This document shows, one piece after another, positions 28,226-38,347 of a DNA stretch of 39,787 bases. The DNA is taken from the NCBI GenBank assembly GCA_039586365.1, contig JBDHKN010000064.1, forward strand, positions 1 to 39,787. The letters run 5' to 3'. The translations under genes were made by a program, and so were the position numbers. Within the stretch, counting starts at the first letter, position 1, and every line of letters starts with the position of its first letter. The stretch comes from Gemmatimonadota bacterium. GTDB lineage: Bacteria; Gemmatimonadota; Gemmatimonadetes; Gemmatimonadales; GWC2-71-9. The notes under the pieces are model-generated. The model saw nothing but the letters and a program-made list of their open reading frames with translations. It did not search any database and had not been told where the DNA came from.

Positions 28226-29728
28226 TCAGGTGCGCAGCCGCACCCGGTTGAGGACGCGAGCGATTAGATCGCGGTCCTCTTCCTCGAGGCCGAGCAACCT
28301 CAGCACGAGGATGGCGGTGAGCGCGAAGGTCACGAGAAGTAGCGGCAGCAGCACGTATTGCTGAACACTCACCAGGCTTTTCAGCGTGACAACGGCGATT
28401 ACCGCAGCCAACGCGGCCACGATCGGCTTCAACTGACTGGCAGAAAACGGATTCAATTTCAGCACCAGGAGACTCTGGCCGACCCTGACGGCCGCGAGGA
28501 TTAACACAGAAGCCAACACACTGACCGCGGCTCCAACGATCCCGTAGCGGGGCACGAGATACAGGCTGAGCCCGATGTGCACTCCGAGGAACGCGAGCGC
28601 ATTCAGCAGATTCACGTGAGGCCGCCCCGAAGCCATCATGGCCGAGTCCACCAGGCTCATGGCCGCGTTCACCGCATGAGCCGTCGCCAGCACGATCAAC
28701 GCCGTCACGCCGCGCGAAAAGCCGGGCCCGAAAATCTCCAGGAGCGGCTCCCCGAAAAGCAGGACCGCTGCCACATAAATGGACCCCACGATCAATATCC
28801 AGCGCACTGCCCGGCTGAGATGTGCCTCGACTCGAGGCTTGTCAGCCTCGCTCTCGGGACCGGCAACGAGCGGGATGAGTATGGGATCCAGTGTTTGGCG
28901 TATGACCGTGGCGAGTTCGACCGCGACCGCGTAGATGCCGATCTCTGCGGGACCTACAAAGAACGCCAGGATGAACAGCTCCAATCGAGCGCCGAGCAGC
29001 TGAACTCCGTCGTGCAACGCCAGCGGCGTTGAGAATCGGACCATGGGCCTCAGTGTCCGCTTGGTAGACGCAATGAAAGACTGCATTACGGACCAGTGTC
29101 GCGCGAAGAACAGCAATGCAATCCCCGCAGCCACGACCGTGGTGATCGCGTATGCAGCAGTAAGCCAAACGACGTCACGGTCGATCCAGATGATCGGCGT
29201 GGCGCACAGCAGCAGCAACAGGGGAAACACCAGGCCCGATACCAGCGCGTCGTACGACATGATCTTGAGCGCCTTGGTCGCGGAGAGAAATAGCGTGAGG
29301 AACGTGAACGGCAGAATCGACAGAGCAATGATGCGTAGCGGTGGACCCAGCGCTGGCTCGTCGAGCAGGCCTGCGCCAATACTCGGACCCGCGCAGAACA
29401 AGACGGCGCTCGCCACCCCTCCCAGCAGTAGCGCGATGCGGAAGCTGGCCGACAGAACTCTGCGAGACTCGCTAGCGTCCCGCTCGGCGGTCTTCGGAAT
29501 GAACACGAGCAACGACTTGTCCATCCCGAAAATGCTGATCCTGCTGGCGATGTCGGCCACGGCCGTGGCCAGTACGAAGAGACCGTACACGTGTGCACCA
29601 CTCACCCTGGTGACGAACAGCGTCAGCAGGATCCGCGATGCCCGCGCCAGCATACCCAGGAAGTTGACGGCCGCACCCCGGGCCAGCGTCCTGGAGTCCG
29701 TGTAGTTGGGTGTTCCCGGAAGGGTCAA
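28226..29728 (-). CDS. Wzx-like oligosaccharide flippase (MOP superfamily)
   Basis: About 14 hydrophobic segments; LARGA, G...YGLF, IGIYAVA and LVPRYGIVGAA patterns; TTGA overlap with GT4. Confidence 0.85.
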   Translation of the reverse strand: MTLPGTPNYTDSRTLARGAAVNFLGMLARASRILLTLFVTRVSGAHVYGLFVLATAVADIASRISIFGMDKSLLVFIPKTAERDASESRRVLSASFRIALLLGGVASAVLFCAGPSIGAGLLDEPALGPPLRIIALSILPFTFLTLFLSATKALKIMSYDALVSGLVFPLLLLLCATPIIWIDRDVVWLTAAYAITTVVAAGIALLFFARHWSVMQSFIASTKRTLRPMVRFSTPLALHDGVQLLGARLELFILAFFVGPAEIGIYAVAVELATVIRQTLDPILIPLVAGPESEADKPRVEAHLSRAVRWILIVGSIYVAAVLLFGEPLLEIFGPGFSRGVTALIVLATAHAVNAAMSLVDSAMMASGRPHVNLLNALAFLGVHIGLSLYLVPRYGIVGAAVSVLASVLILAAVRVGQSLLVLKLNPFSASQLKPIVAALAAVIAVVTLKSLVSVQQYVLLPLLLVTFALTAILVLRLLGLEEEDRDLIARVLNRVRLRT

Positions 29729-30906
29729 CGAACCACCGCCGGTTGTGCTGCCGCTTGCTCCAGGACCCGCCGGACCTCAGCGATCATCCGGGAGGCGAGG
29801 AACTCTTGCAGTACTCGCTCCCGCGCCGCAGCACCCATCGTATGGGCCAGGTCCGGGTCGTCGAGCAGGGCACAGACCCGCGCGGCGACCGTCCGCGAAT
29901 CCAAGGGGTCAACGAGATAGCCGCTCCGATCGTGTTCGATGACTTCCGTGATACCGCCGTGGCGGGCGCCGACCAGCGGTTTGGACCGGCCCGCCGCCTC
30001 CAGCAGCGAGATGCCGAGTCCCTCAACTCGTTGTCCGTCGCTGCGGCTGAGCAGTACGAAAACGTCACATAAATCGAGGTAACCGACTTTTGCATCCTCC
30101 GGGATCTCGCCCGCGAACAGCACCGCATGCTCGACTTTCTTCTTGGCCGAGAGCGCTTTCAGCTGCTCCTCGAATTCCCCTTTGCCGACTATGAGGTAAA
30201 CAGCATTGGGGTGCCGCGAGAGAATCTCGGGGAGCGCCTCGATGAGCTGGGCGTGACCCTTGCGAGGGACGAGCCGCGAGAGCGTAAGGATGATCTTCTT
30301 TCCGGTCAGTCCGTGGCGGTGCCGGATTGCATCCACCAGCGCCGGACGGTAAGGAGCGGCCACGAGGGATCCCGGGACCCCGTTGCGAATCACCCTGAGA
30401 TTCGCGCCGGCGAAACCGGCACGCTGCATCGAGTTCCTCACGTATTCGCTGACACACACCACTTGCTGCGCCCGCTCGTAGCAGAACTTCAGCGCTCGGG
30501 ACTGGAGGCGTTGCTTGAGCGTCCGCGGAGGGAAGTGCTTGGCGACTTCGGAACCGTGCACCACAGCGACATACGGGATGCCTCGAGCGACGCAGGTGAC
30601 CGCGCCGAGCCCGTGGGCGAGATCGCTGGTCAGCAGCGCGACATCGGGTTCAACGGATCGCAGGGCCCGGCTGAGATGCCACAGCCCTGGAATCACTCGT
30701 GTCACCTCGGCTTTGCCGTGCGTGACGTTCATCCGTAGGGTCTCGAACCCGACGGACCTGTCCAGGGCCTCACAACCGGGATACGCGGGGGCAAGGACCA
30801 CTACCTCGTACCCCAGTGTCGAGAGTCCGTCCGCTACCAGCCCCGTGTAGACGGCTATCCCTCCCGAGAACGGGAGGAACTCGAAAGTGACGATCAGTAC
30901 CTTCAT
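29725..30906 (-). CDS. GT4 glycosyltransferase (PimB-like)
   Basis: F.PFSGGIA, VHGSEV, SRLVPRKGH and EGLGISLLEAA motifs. Confidence 0.9.
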   Translation of the reverse strand: MKVLIVTFEFLPFSGGIAVYTGLVADGLSTLGYEVVVLAPAYPGCEALDRSVGFETLRMNVTHGKAEVTRVIPGLWHLSRALRSVEPDVALLTSDLAHGLGAVTCVARGIPYVAVVHGSEVAKHFPPRTLKQRLQSRALKFCYERAQQVVCVSEYVRNSMQRAGFAGANLRVIRNGVPGSLVAAPYRPALVDAIRHRHGLTGKKIILTLSRLVPRKGHAQLIEALPEILSRHPNAVYLIVGKGEFEEQLKALSAKKKVEHAVLFAGEIPEDAKVGYLDLCDVFVLLSRSDGQRVEGLGISLLEAAGRSKPLVGARHGGITEVIEHDRSGYLVDPLDSRTVAARVCALLDDPDLAHTMGAAARERVLQEFLASRMIAEVRRVLEQAAAQPAVVR

Positions 30907-30991
30907 GGCCTCATCGCGGGGGCCGGTGATCCAACGCTGAGGTCTGGCAACGGGCAGCAAGCGCAGAACGTCCCCGGCATCTCCTCTCCCG

Positions 30992-32290
30992 TTACGACCG
31001 CCCGGAAGACGAGGAAGGATCGCACGCGTCGACCTCAACAGCGCTGGCCCGGTGACGATCAGCCTTCACGAGTTCGAGCATCAAGTCTTGAACGCGGCGG
31101 GAAGTATCGCGAGCATCGAAACGTTGCAGTGCGACATTCCTGGCACGAGATCCCAGACCAGCTGCGAGCTTCTCGTCGTCAATCAAACGGAGCACCCACC
31201 CGGCGAGTTCAACAGCGTCTCCCGGCTCCACGAGGATGCCGGTGTCCCCATGCTGGATTAGCTCCGGTATCCCGCCGAGCGCGGAGGCGACCACCGGTAT
31301 GCCGAACGCCATCGCCTCGATGACCGTTCTCGGGCACGGATCGGGCTTGACCGACGGCACCACGACTATGTCGATCTCCCTTAAGTATGCACCGACGTCG
31401 CTCTTGTAGCCGGTCAGCAGGACCCGGCCTTCCAAGCCCCGCGCCCTGATCAGTTCGAGATCTTCCGAGTCAGTCGTGCCCGATCCCTTGGGACGCCCGC
31501 CCACGATCACGAACACCACGTCATCCCGCAGCGAGATCACTTGTTCCGCAGCCTCTAGGAAGATGTGGATCCCCTTCCACGGCACCACCCTGCCAACGAA
31601 TCCGACGACCCTACTTTCCTCGGGAATCTGCAGCTCGTCGCGCAACCTTCCAACTTGCCTCTCTGGATCGTGCTCCTCCAAATCGATTCCGTTGTACACT
31701 ACGGACACTTTGTGCGACAGGCGTGGGAAATTGTCGGCTGCTGCGTGCGAGACCGCAATGATCTGCTTCACCCGCGGCAGCACTGCAAAGGAGGTATAGA
31801 GCAGCCGCTCAGCGGCGCCCCCGTAGATCGTCCTGCAGTGAAGGACCACCGGTCGGCCGGTCAAAAGGCCCGCAATGATCCCCATGATTTTGACCATCAT
31901 GTGGTTACAATGGATGATAGCGACCGCTTCCGACCGTACTATCCGGATGAGCTGCAGCACGAAGATGATGCTGTCCCACCCGTTGCGCACGTAGGAAAAC
32001 GGCATCACCCAGGGCCCACGACCCCGAAAGCGACGCTCATGAAAGCGCTCTCTCAGCCGAGGCGAGGAGATCGTTCTGATACCCTGGTCGTGCAGCAGCT
32101 GGCGAATCGTACCTGAGGGGGACATGACGACCAGCGGCTCGACGAGCGATCGATCGAAGTGTTTGAGGAGATAGAACAGACTCCGACCTGCGCCACCGTT
32201 ACCACCACAGGCGGTCAGGAACAGAGCTTTGATTGGCTTGTGCACCGATCCCAGCTTCCGATTGTGCGACGGGACGTCAAGCCCCATCAC
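30992..32290 (-). CDS. GT4 glycosyltransferase
   Basis: GGAGRSL, VYNGID, VGRVVPWKG and DPCPRTVIEAMAFG motifs; start may be GTG at 32245. Confidence 0.9.
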   Translation of the reverse strand: MMGLDVPSHNRKLGSVHKPIKALFLTACGGNGGAGRSLFYLLKHFDRSLVEPLVVMSPSGTIRQLLHDQGIRTISSPRLRERFHERRFRGRGPWVMPFSYVRNGWDSIIFVLQLIRIVRSEAVAIIHCNHMMVKIMGIIAGLLTGRPVVLHCRTIYGGAAERLLYTSFAVLPRVKQIIAVSHAAADNFPRLSHKVSVVYNGIDLEEHDPERQVGRLRDELQIPEESRVVGFVGRVVPWKGIHIFLEAAEQVISLRDDVVFVIVGGRPKGSGTTDSEDLELIRARGLEGRVLLTGYKSDVGAYLREIDIVVVPSVKPDPCPRTVIEAMAFGIPVVASALGGIPELIQHGDTGILVEPGDAVELAGWVLRLIDDEKLAAGLGSRARNVALQRFDARDTSRRVQDLMLELVKADRHRASAVEVDACDPSSSSGRS

Positions 32291-32480
32291 CCCGGGGGTG
32301 GTGACCGTACCTCCCGCTACAGGGTAGATGAGCCCCAGTGATCGCGCAACAGGGCAGCATTTTGTGGTCGCGGATCGCTAGCGCCCAGACGGGTGTGCCC
32401 GACCACGGATCCCTGCGGCTGCCCGGGCGAGGCGGGGCTGGAGGCCGAGGCATACCCTTCCAGCCCCCTGAACGAGTACG

Positions 32481-33374
32481 TTAGAACAGCCCGTCCCGTG
32501 AGCCCATGACGTTCAGCTTGGAGTCTCGACCGGTCCAGGCCAGGTAAAGGCGGTCCCAGAAAGCGGTGAGGATGGGGGACCGCTCCGACTGCTCTTCCAG
32601 GATCACCTTTCCCCTCCAGTCGATACCCTCCGGCGAGCGCATGACGTTGAGCTTGAAATCGCTCCGGCCAACCCATGTCAGGAACAGGTAATCTCCGAAC
32701 GAGGCCAGACCCGGACCAACGTTGCTCTGCTCCTCGAGGATGACCTTGCCTCCCCAATCGATGCCGTCAGTCGAGCGCATGACGTTGACTTTTTCGTCGC
32801 CCCGGCCGATCCAAGATATGTAGAGTCTGCCCGCATGGGACGTCAGCGCTGGCCGGTCTCTGGTCCGCTCCTCCAGGGTGACCTTGCCGATCCAGTCGAT
32901 CCCGTCGGTCGACTGCATGATGTTGATCTTGTCGTCCCTGCCCCGCCACAACAGGTACAGACGCTCGTCGAGCGCGACGATGTTTGGCTCGAGATCGGAT
33001 TGTTCTTCCAAGACGATCTTGGCCCGCCAGTCTATGCCCTCGTCGGAGCGCATAATGTTGATCTTGCCGTCCCGACCCGTCCAGGCTATGAACAAACGGC
33101 CGTTGAAGGAGGCTAGCGAAGGCGGATTTTCGCTTCGCTCTTCCAGAATTACCTTGCCGCTCCAGTCGACGCCTTCCTGTGAACGCATCACGTTGAGCTT
33201 GGCGTCTCGACCGGTCCAAGCCAGAAACATCCGGTCCTCCAAATAGGCCAGAGCAGGTCCAAAGTTGCTTTGCTCTTCGAGGACGGCCTTGGCTTGGCCC
33301 GCGACCTCGCCGGCCGGGATGCCCAGGCCAACCGCCAGGCAGAATCCTACGAGCGGCGTCGTTCCACGTAGCAT
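32481..33374 (-). CDS. Secreted six-repeat beta-propeller protein with Asp-box-like SxDGxxW motifs
   Basis: Signal peptide, then six 45-46-aa repeats KV.LEEQS...P.L.....RL.LAW.GRD.KLNVMRS.DGIDW.G (last one truncated). Confidence 0.85.
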   Translation of the reverse strand: MLRGTTPLVGFCLAVGLGIPAGEVAGQAKAVLEEQSNFGPALAYLEDRMFLAWTGRDAKLNVMRSQEGVDWSGKVILEERSENPPSLASFNGRLFIAWTGRDGKINIMRSDEGIDWRAKIVLEEQSDLEPNIVALDERLYLLWRGRDDKINIMQSTDGIDWIGKVTLEERTRDRPALTSHAGRLYISWIGRGDEKVNVMRSTDGIDWGGKVILEEQSNVGPGLASFGDYLFLTWVGRSDFKLNVMRSPEGIDWRGKVILEEQSERSPILTAFWDRLYLAWTGRDSKLNVMGSRDGLF

Positions 33375-33635
33375 TGGTTCACCTCACACGTGATGAATTC
33401 GGAAACAGACCGCGAGCGTATCGGAATCACGGCGGTCCCTCTTGAAGCCCTTGCCTTCGGGTCTACAGAACCTAATGCTGTACGAAGACTCGGCAAGATC
33501 TTCGAGCACGTTCTCACAATCCGGATCTTTCGGAACCCCAAGGGACGAACCGGCCCGACGGGGGTATCTTGAACCGAATGTGCCGCTCGACGCCGGCTCG
33601 ATGAACATCGGTGTAACCAAAGGATCAGCCATCAG

Positions 33636-35021
33636 ATGCACAAGAAGATAGCTTTTGGCTTGCTGGTAGCGACGTGCGCCTCGGCCACGGCGCTGGCCCA
33701 AGAACCCGAGGTCCGGGTTCTGACCCTGGCCGACGTCGAGGAGCTCGTCGCGGCCAACAATCCGCTCGTGCGAGGTGCCAGAGCCGAGGTCGATGTGGCG
33801 GAAGCCCGACGGGCTCAGGCCGGCCATGCCCGCTTCCTCCCGACCTTCTCGCTCACCAACGTGTGGGGGCTCCTGCCCCGCGTGCGCGGCGAGTTCACAT
33901 CCGACGGAGTCCTCGTTTCTCCCGATACCTCCACCGGATTGTCCGATCTCAGGCCCTTTACCCAGGTGGACCTCGAGATCATCCAGCCCCTGTGGACCTT
34001 TGGCCGGTTGGCCGGGATCAACGACGCCGCAGCCGCAGAGGTCCTGGCCGCCACCGCGAATGTCGCCGCACAGACCGACATAGCCACGCGACAGGCGCGA
34101 GAACTCTACTGGGGTGTCGTACTGGGAGGGGAATCAGTCCGCCTTGTGGAAGATGTCATCGCGAACGCCCGGAGGGCGGACAGCGTCCTCCAGGCAAAAT
34201 TCGACGAGGGATCGGAGGACGTCACGCAGAATGACGTCTTCAAGTTCCGGATCTTCGAATACGAAATCAACAAGCGACATCGCGAAGCGCTCGACAAGCT
34301 GGCATTGGCCAGATCAACTCTGGCCGCCGCGATAGGTCTGGACGATCCGACCGGTTTCGAGTTGGCCGCACAGTACCTGGAGCCACTCGACGTGGCGCTG
34401 GACAGTCTGCCCGCTTATCTCGAGCTGGCGATGGACAACAGACCGGAGGTCGAGCAGCTGAACGCCGGGATGCATGCCACGCGCTCGCTCGTTCGAGCCT
34501 CCGTAAGCGAATATCTTCCGCAGCTCTTTGCCGGTGGCCAGATCAGCTACAACTATGCCATGGATCGGTTCGATCCGAGAAATCCCTTTGTGAACAACCA
34601 GACGAATTTTTTTCGCCCAGGGGTCGCGCTGGGGCTGAGGTGGAACCTCAACTTCGCCCAGACGCGTGACAAGGCGCGGGTTGCGCGGTCACGTTACCAC
34701 CAGTTGGAAGAGCGGCGGCCTGGGCTGCTTGCCGGGGTGCGGCTGGCAGTCGAGCAGGCGTTCCGGGAAGCCAACAGGGCCGCACGAGACATGACCGGGA
34801 GTCGACAGGCCCTGCGAGCCAGCGAGAACTGGCTGCGCTCGGAAACTCAGACCTTCGATCTGGGTCTGAGCGAGGTAAAGGATCTTATAGACGCATTCAG
34901 GGCTAATAGTGCAATGCGGGCGGAGCACCTGCAAAACATTTTCGAGTTCAATGCGGCAGTGGCGGCTTTGAGCCAGGCGGTCGGAGCTGACCTGCATCCG
35001 GACAGAGCCGCGCCGCTATGA
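33636..35021 (+). CDS. TolC-family outer membrane channel
   Basis: Signal peptide; NNP, FLPTFSL, QPLWTFGR, NRPEV and YLPQL OEP repeats. Confidence 0.9.
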   Translation: MHKKIAFGLLVATCASATALAQEPEVRVLTLADVEELVAANNPLVRGARAEVDVAEARRAQAGHARFLPTFSLTNVWGLLPRVRGEFTSDGVLVSPDTSTGLSDLRPFTQVDLEIIQPLWTFGRLAGINDAAAAEVLAATANVAAQTDIATRQARELYWGVVLGGESVRLVEDVIANARRADSVLQAKFDEGSEDVTQNDVFKFRIFEYEINKRHREALDKLALARSTLAAAIGLDDPTGFELAAQYLEPLDVALDSLPAYLELAMDNRPEVEQLNAGMHATRSLVRASVSEYLPQLFAGGQISYNYAMDRFDPRNPFVNNQTNFFRPGVALGLRWNLNFAQTRDKARVARSRYHQLEERRPGLLAGVRLAVEQAFREANRAARDMTGSRQALRASENWLRSETQTFDLGLSEVKDLIDAFRANSAMRAEHLQNIFEFNAAVAALSQAVGADLHPDRAAPL

Positions 35022-35030
35022 GGAAGACGT

Positions 35031-35717
35031 ATGTGTAATGCCTACAACAGGTTGCAGCAGGTCGTTAGGGGGCCCCTCGTCACCGGCCTGTGGCTGGGGG
35101 CCGCGTCGGTGGCAGTTATCCCCTCGTGCGCGCACGGGCTCCAGCAGTCACCCGTGGAGGTGATTCGTGAGCGCAACAGGACGGTGGAACGAATACTCGG
35201 ACCGGACGATGAGGAGGTCAGCGAAGCGACCCGGGAGCGGCTCAAAGACGTCCTCAACGAACTGGTCGACTTCCGGGAACTCTCCCGCCGCTCGCTGGGC
35301 AGGTACTGGCCGGACCTCTCGGAGCAGCAGAAGCGGGACTTCGTCGAGGTGCTCGAGGCCCTGATTCGCAACTCATCCGTCCGGAAATTGAGCATGTACC
35401 GGGCAGACACGGTCGAGTACCTGGCGTCGAACCAAACGGGTGATACCGCCACCGTCACCACCACCGCGCGGCGGGACCGCAAGGAAGTGGAGATCGTCTA
35501 TCACATGCACCGAGTGGACGGCGCGTGGAGGATCTACGATATGGTGATCGATGGCGCGAGCACCGTAAGGAATTACCGGGATTCGTTCTACCGGGAGATC
35601 GCCCGCTCGTCGTACCAGGAGATGTACGAGCGGTTGGTCCGCCGGCTGGCTGAGGAGGAAATATCGCCCGTCACCGACTCTCCTCGCTCGTCCGGGACTA
35701 GGCCTGCCCTTCGATGA
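35031..35717 (+). CDS. MlaC/Ttg2D-family lipid-binding periplasmic protein
   Basis: VDFRELSRRSLGRYW..LSEQQK.DF and WRIYDMVIDGAS.V.NYR.SF motifs. Confidence 0.9.
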   Translation: MCNAYNRLQQVVRGPLVTGLWLGAASVAVIPSCAHGLQQSPVEVIRERNRTVERILGPDDEEVSEATRERLKDVLNELVDFRELSRRSLGRYWPDLSEQQKRDFVEVLEALIRNSSVRKLSMYRADTVEYLASNQTGDTATVTTTARRDRKEVEIVYHMHRVDGAWRIYDMVIDGASTVRNYRDSFYREIARSSYQEMYERLVRRLAEEEISPVTDSPRSSGTRPALR

Positions 35718-38292
35718 ACTTGGGCGGCTGCTCGCGCGCCTCCAACCACTGCAGCGCGGCGGGCAAGGCGACCAGCGCTGCCAGCATCACTACAAAGAGG
35801 CCCGTGACGGCCAATTTGCCCATCGACTGCAGGCCTCCGTGTCGCACGAAGATCAGCCCGGCGAACCCGGCGCTCGTGGTGAGGGTCGTCATCAAGACGG
35901 CCCAGCCGGTGGTTTTCAGGACTCTCCGCACCGAACCCACGCCCTCTTCGAGGTAGCGACGCAGGAGATGGACGGCATCATCCACGCCGTAGCCGATGAA
36001 CACCGGCAGAACGACCATGTTGAATAGGTTGTATTTGATACCAAACACCAGCTGGATGGCCCACAGGAGGGCGAAACCGGTCAACAGGGGGAAGGCCACC
36101 AGCAGGGTGCGCTTGATGGTCCGGAATGCTAGGAAGAGCGCGATCAGAATCACGACGCTCGTGAGCGCAATCGCGATCGCCGAGTCTCGCTGCATCAGCA
36201 ACAACATGTCGGCGGCCACGACGGAACCGCTCGACGCAAAGTAGGTCCGGCCGGAAGGTACAGTGATGCCGTCCATCGTGGACAGCGAGTGCAGATCTCT
36301 GGCGAACTCGATCGAGTTGCGTCCGTCGCGCAGGAGCACGCTGGGGTACACGAACACGAAATTCCCGATCGTGCCGTCACGGCCAACGAACTTTCGCTTA
36401 GTGCTCAACGGGACGTCATCGAGCGTGAAGGGTGAATCGACGTCCAGAGCGCCGCGCAACCGCAACAGCCGTTCCCGATCCTCGCCAGTCACCAAGTCCA
36501 GCGCCTCTTCGTCCACCGTCGTTCTGATGGCTCGGATTATCTCGAGCTTCGCTTGCTGATCCTGAGGAAACTTGTCGAAGATGCTCTCGACCTTGTGGAT
36601 GGTCGGAAAGTCCGTGTCGTGCACTCGGATGCTGTCGATCACCTCAACCAACGCCACTAGATCCTCATGGTTGTCAGCCAGAATCACGCCGGGCGATCCG
36701 AGATCCTCGCCTTCGGCGTCCATCTTGAGATCATGGATCTTGGCTTTGACGCCCTGGAGTCCCGGCAAGTTGGCCCGCAGGTCTCGGAAGTCGTACTCGA
36801 AGCCGATCTGGGGTACGAACGGGAGCACAACGACCACTAGTCCTACGGCCGCAATCAACGCGATGCGGTGCCACCGGATCGGCCTGGTGTCCGACGGTGT
36901 CGGATCGCCCACGGTGACCCGGACCGCATGGATGACCCCGACCTTCTCGCCGAGGGTCACGAACCCGGGCAGGAGGAGAAGCATGGCCACCATTGAGGCC
37001 AGAATGCCCGTTCCGGCGATGAATCCGAAATCCGAGAAGCCCTTGAAATCCGCGACCACCAACGCGTAGAACGCCGCCGCTGTAGTGACGCCGGCGGTGA
37101 CGATTCCCGAACCCGTCCTGACCACCGCCGCCTCCAGGGAGGCAAGCACATTCCCACCTTCCAGCCTGGTCTCGAGGTAGCGCGAGTACGTGTGGATACC
37201 AAAGTCGATGCCTAGGCCGAAGAGGATCACGAACAGGAACACCGTGATCGTGTTCAGCCCTCCGACCACCAGCGAGGCGATACCGAACGTCCAGATGATC
37301 GACAGCACGAGCGGGACGGCGATCAGGATCGCCGCAATCAGCTGTCTCGATATCCCGGTCACGAAGCCCACTGCTTTGCCGAACACCGTTCGGAAGCGTC
37401 CGAGGCGAAGCGGCTGCCGGAAAAACAGCACGATCAGGAGAATCTGCAGCGTCATGCCCCCGACCAGGTTGCGGAGCGCGTCGGTGGTCACGACCTGATA
37501 TTCCTCCACGCGGTTCCGCACCTCTCCACCCAGTTCGACGAACATCGAGGGGTGGTAGCGGGAGGGCTCCATCTCCGCGATGAGGTCTTCCACGGTCTGG
37601 TACAAGCGCCGCGCGAACTCGAGATTCAGCGAGGTGCCGAACGGATAGCTCCGCAGCATCAGAATGCTACCGTCGGCCGTGGCGAGGTACTCGCTGGGCA
37701 CCTGCTGCTCGTACCGCTCCTCGAGTTCCTCGAGAGTCAGCTCGTCGCTATCCGCGCTCGCATCCGGCTCGTCGCCGAAGAGGTCGTCCACGAACAGTGG
37801 GTTGATCCGGTTCTTTTCCCGTTGCACCCGGTTGTCGACGCTCGTCCGAATCTCGCGGAGCGTCTCGATGTCGGCGAGCAGTAACTGGTTCCGCTCGAAG
37901 AATTCGACTTCGTTGCGATACTCGACGTTCGCGATGTACGGCTCGTTGGTGGCCGGATTCTTCAGTTCCAGGAGCCGGGGGATCAGATCGTGCGCGAACC
38001 GCAGTGAAGCGTCGAAATCGTCGCTCTGAATCAGGGTCTCGAGCTTGTCGATACCGGCCACGTGCGCCCTGATCTCGTTGAGCGTCCTGACGCTCTGGTA
38101 ATCCTCGGGAAGCAGGCTGGACAGATCGGTGTTAACGCTGAGCTTCGGTCCACCCTCCACAACCAGGCCACCAACCAGGGCGTACAGCGCGACTATGGTG
38201 ACGATCAGGGCCATCAGGATGACGAGCCAGAACCGGCGGTAGACCAGTGTCACCGCAGCTTGCAGCAATCGATCGACTCGGAGCCAGGTCAT
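35698..38292 (-). CDS. MMPL/RND-family exporter (HpnN-like)
   Basis: Two TM bundles with GLGIDFGIH and GYGVDDAVH acidic motifs and two periplasmic loops; 864 aa. Confidence 0.9.
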   Translation of the reverse strand: MTWLRVDRLLQAAVTLVYRRFWLVILMALIVTIVALYALVGGLVVEGGPKLSVNTDLSSLLPEDYQSVRTLNEIRAHVAGIDKLETLIQSDDFDASLRFAHDLIPRLLELKNPATNEPYIANVEYRNEVEFFERNQLLLADIETLREIRTSVDNRVQREKNRINPLFVDDLFGDEPDASADSDELTLEELEERYEQQVPSEYLATADGSILMLRSYPFGTSLNLEFARRLYQTVEDLIAEMEPSRYHPSMFVELGGEVRNRVEEYQVVTTDALRNLVGGMTLQILLIVLFFRQPLRLGRFRTVFGKAVGFVTGISRQLIAAILIAVPLVLSIIWTFGIASLVVGGLNTITVFLFVILFGLGIDFGIHTYSRYLETRLEGGNVLASLEAAVVRTGSGIVTAGVTTAAAFYALVVADFKGFSDFGFIAGTGILASMVAMLLLLPGFVTLGEKVGVIHAVRVTVGDPTPSDTRPIRWHRIALIAAVGLVVVVLPFVPQIGFEYDFRDLRANLPGLQGVKAKIHDLKMDAEGEDLGSPGVILADNHEDLVALVEVIDSIRVHDTDFPTIHKVESIFDKFPQDQQAKLEIIRAIRTTVDEEALDLVTGEDRERLLRLRGALDVDSPFTLDDVPLSTKRKFVGRDGTIGNFVFVYPSVLLRDGRNSIEFARDLHSLSTMDGITVPSGRTYFASSGSVVAADMLLLMQRDSAIAIALTSVVILIALFLAFRTIKRTLLVAFPLLTGFALLWAIQLVFGIKYNLFNMVVLPVFIGYGVDDAVHLLRRYLEEGVGSVRRVLKTTGWAVLMTTLTTSAGFAGLIFVRHGGLQSMGKLAVTGLFVVMLAALVALPAALQWLEAREQPPKFIEGQA

Positions 38293-38347
38293 ATCGCGAT
38301 ACTTTCCTGTAGCCGGGGTCTGCCTGCCGTGAGATCGGTGCGACTAA

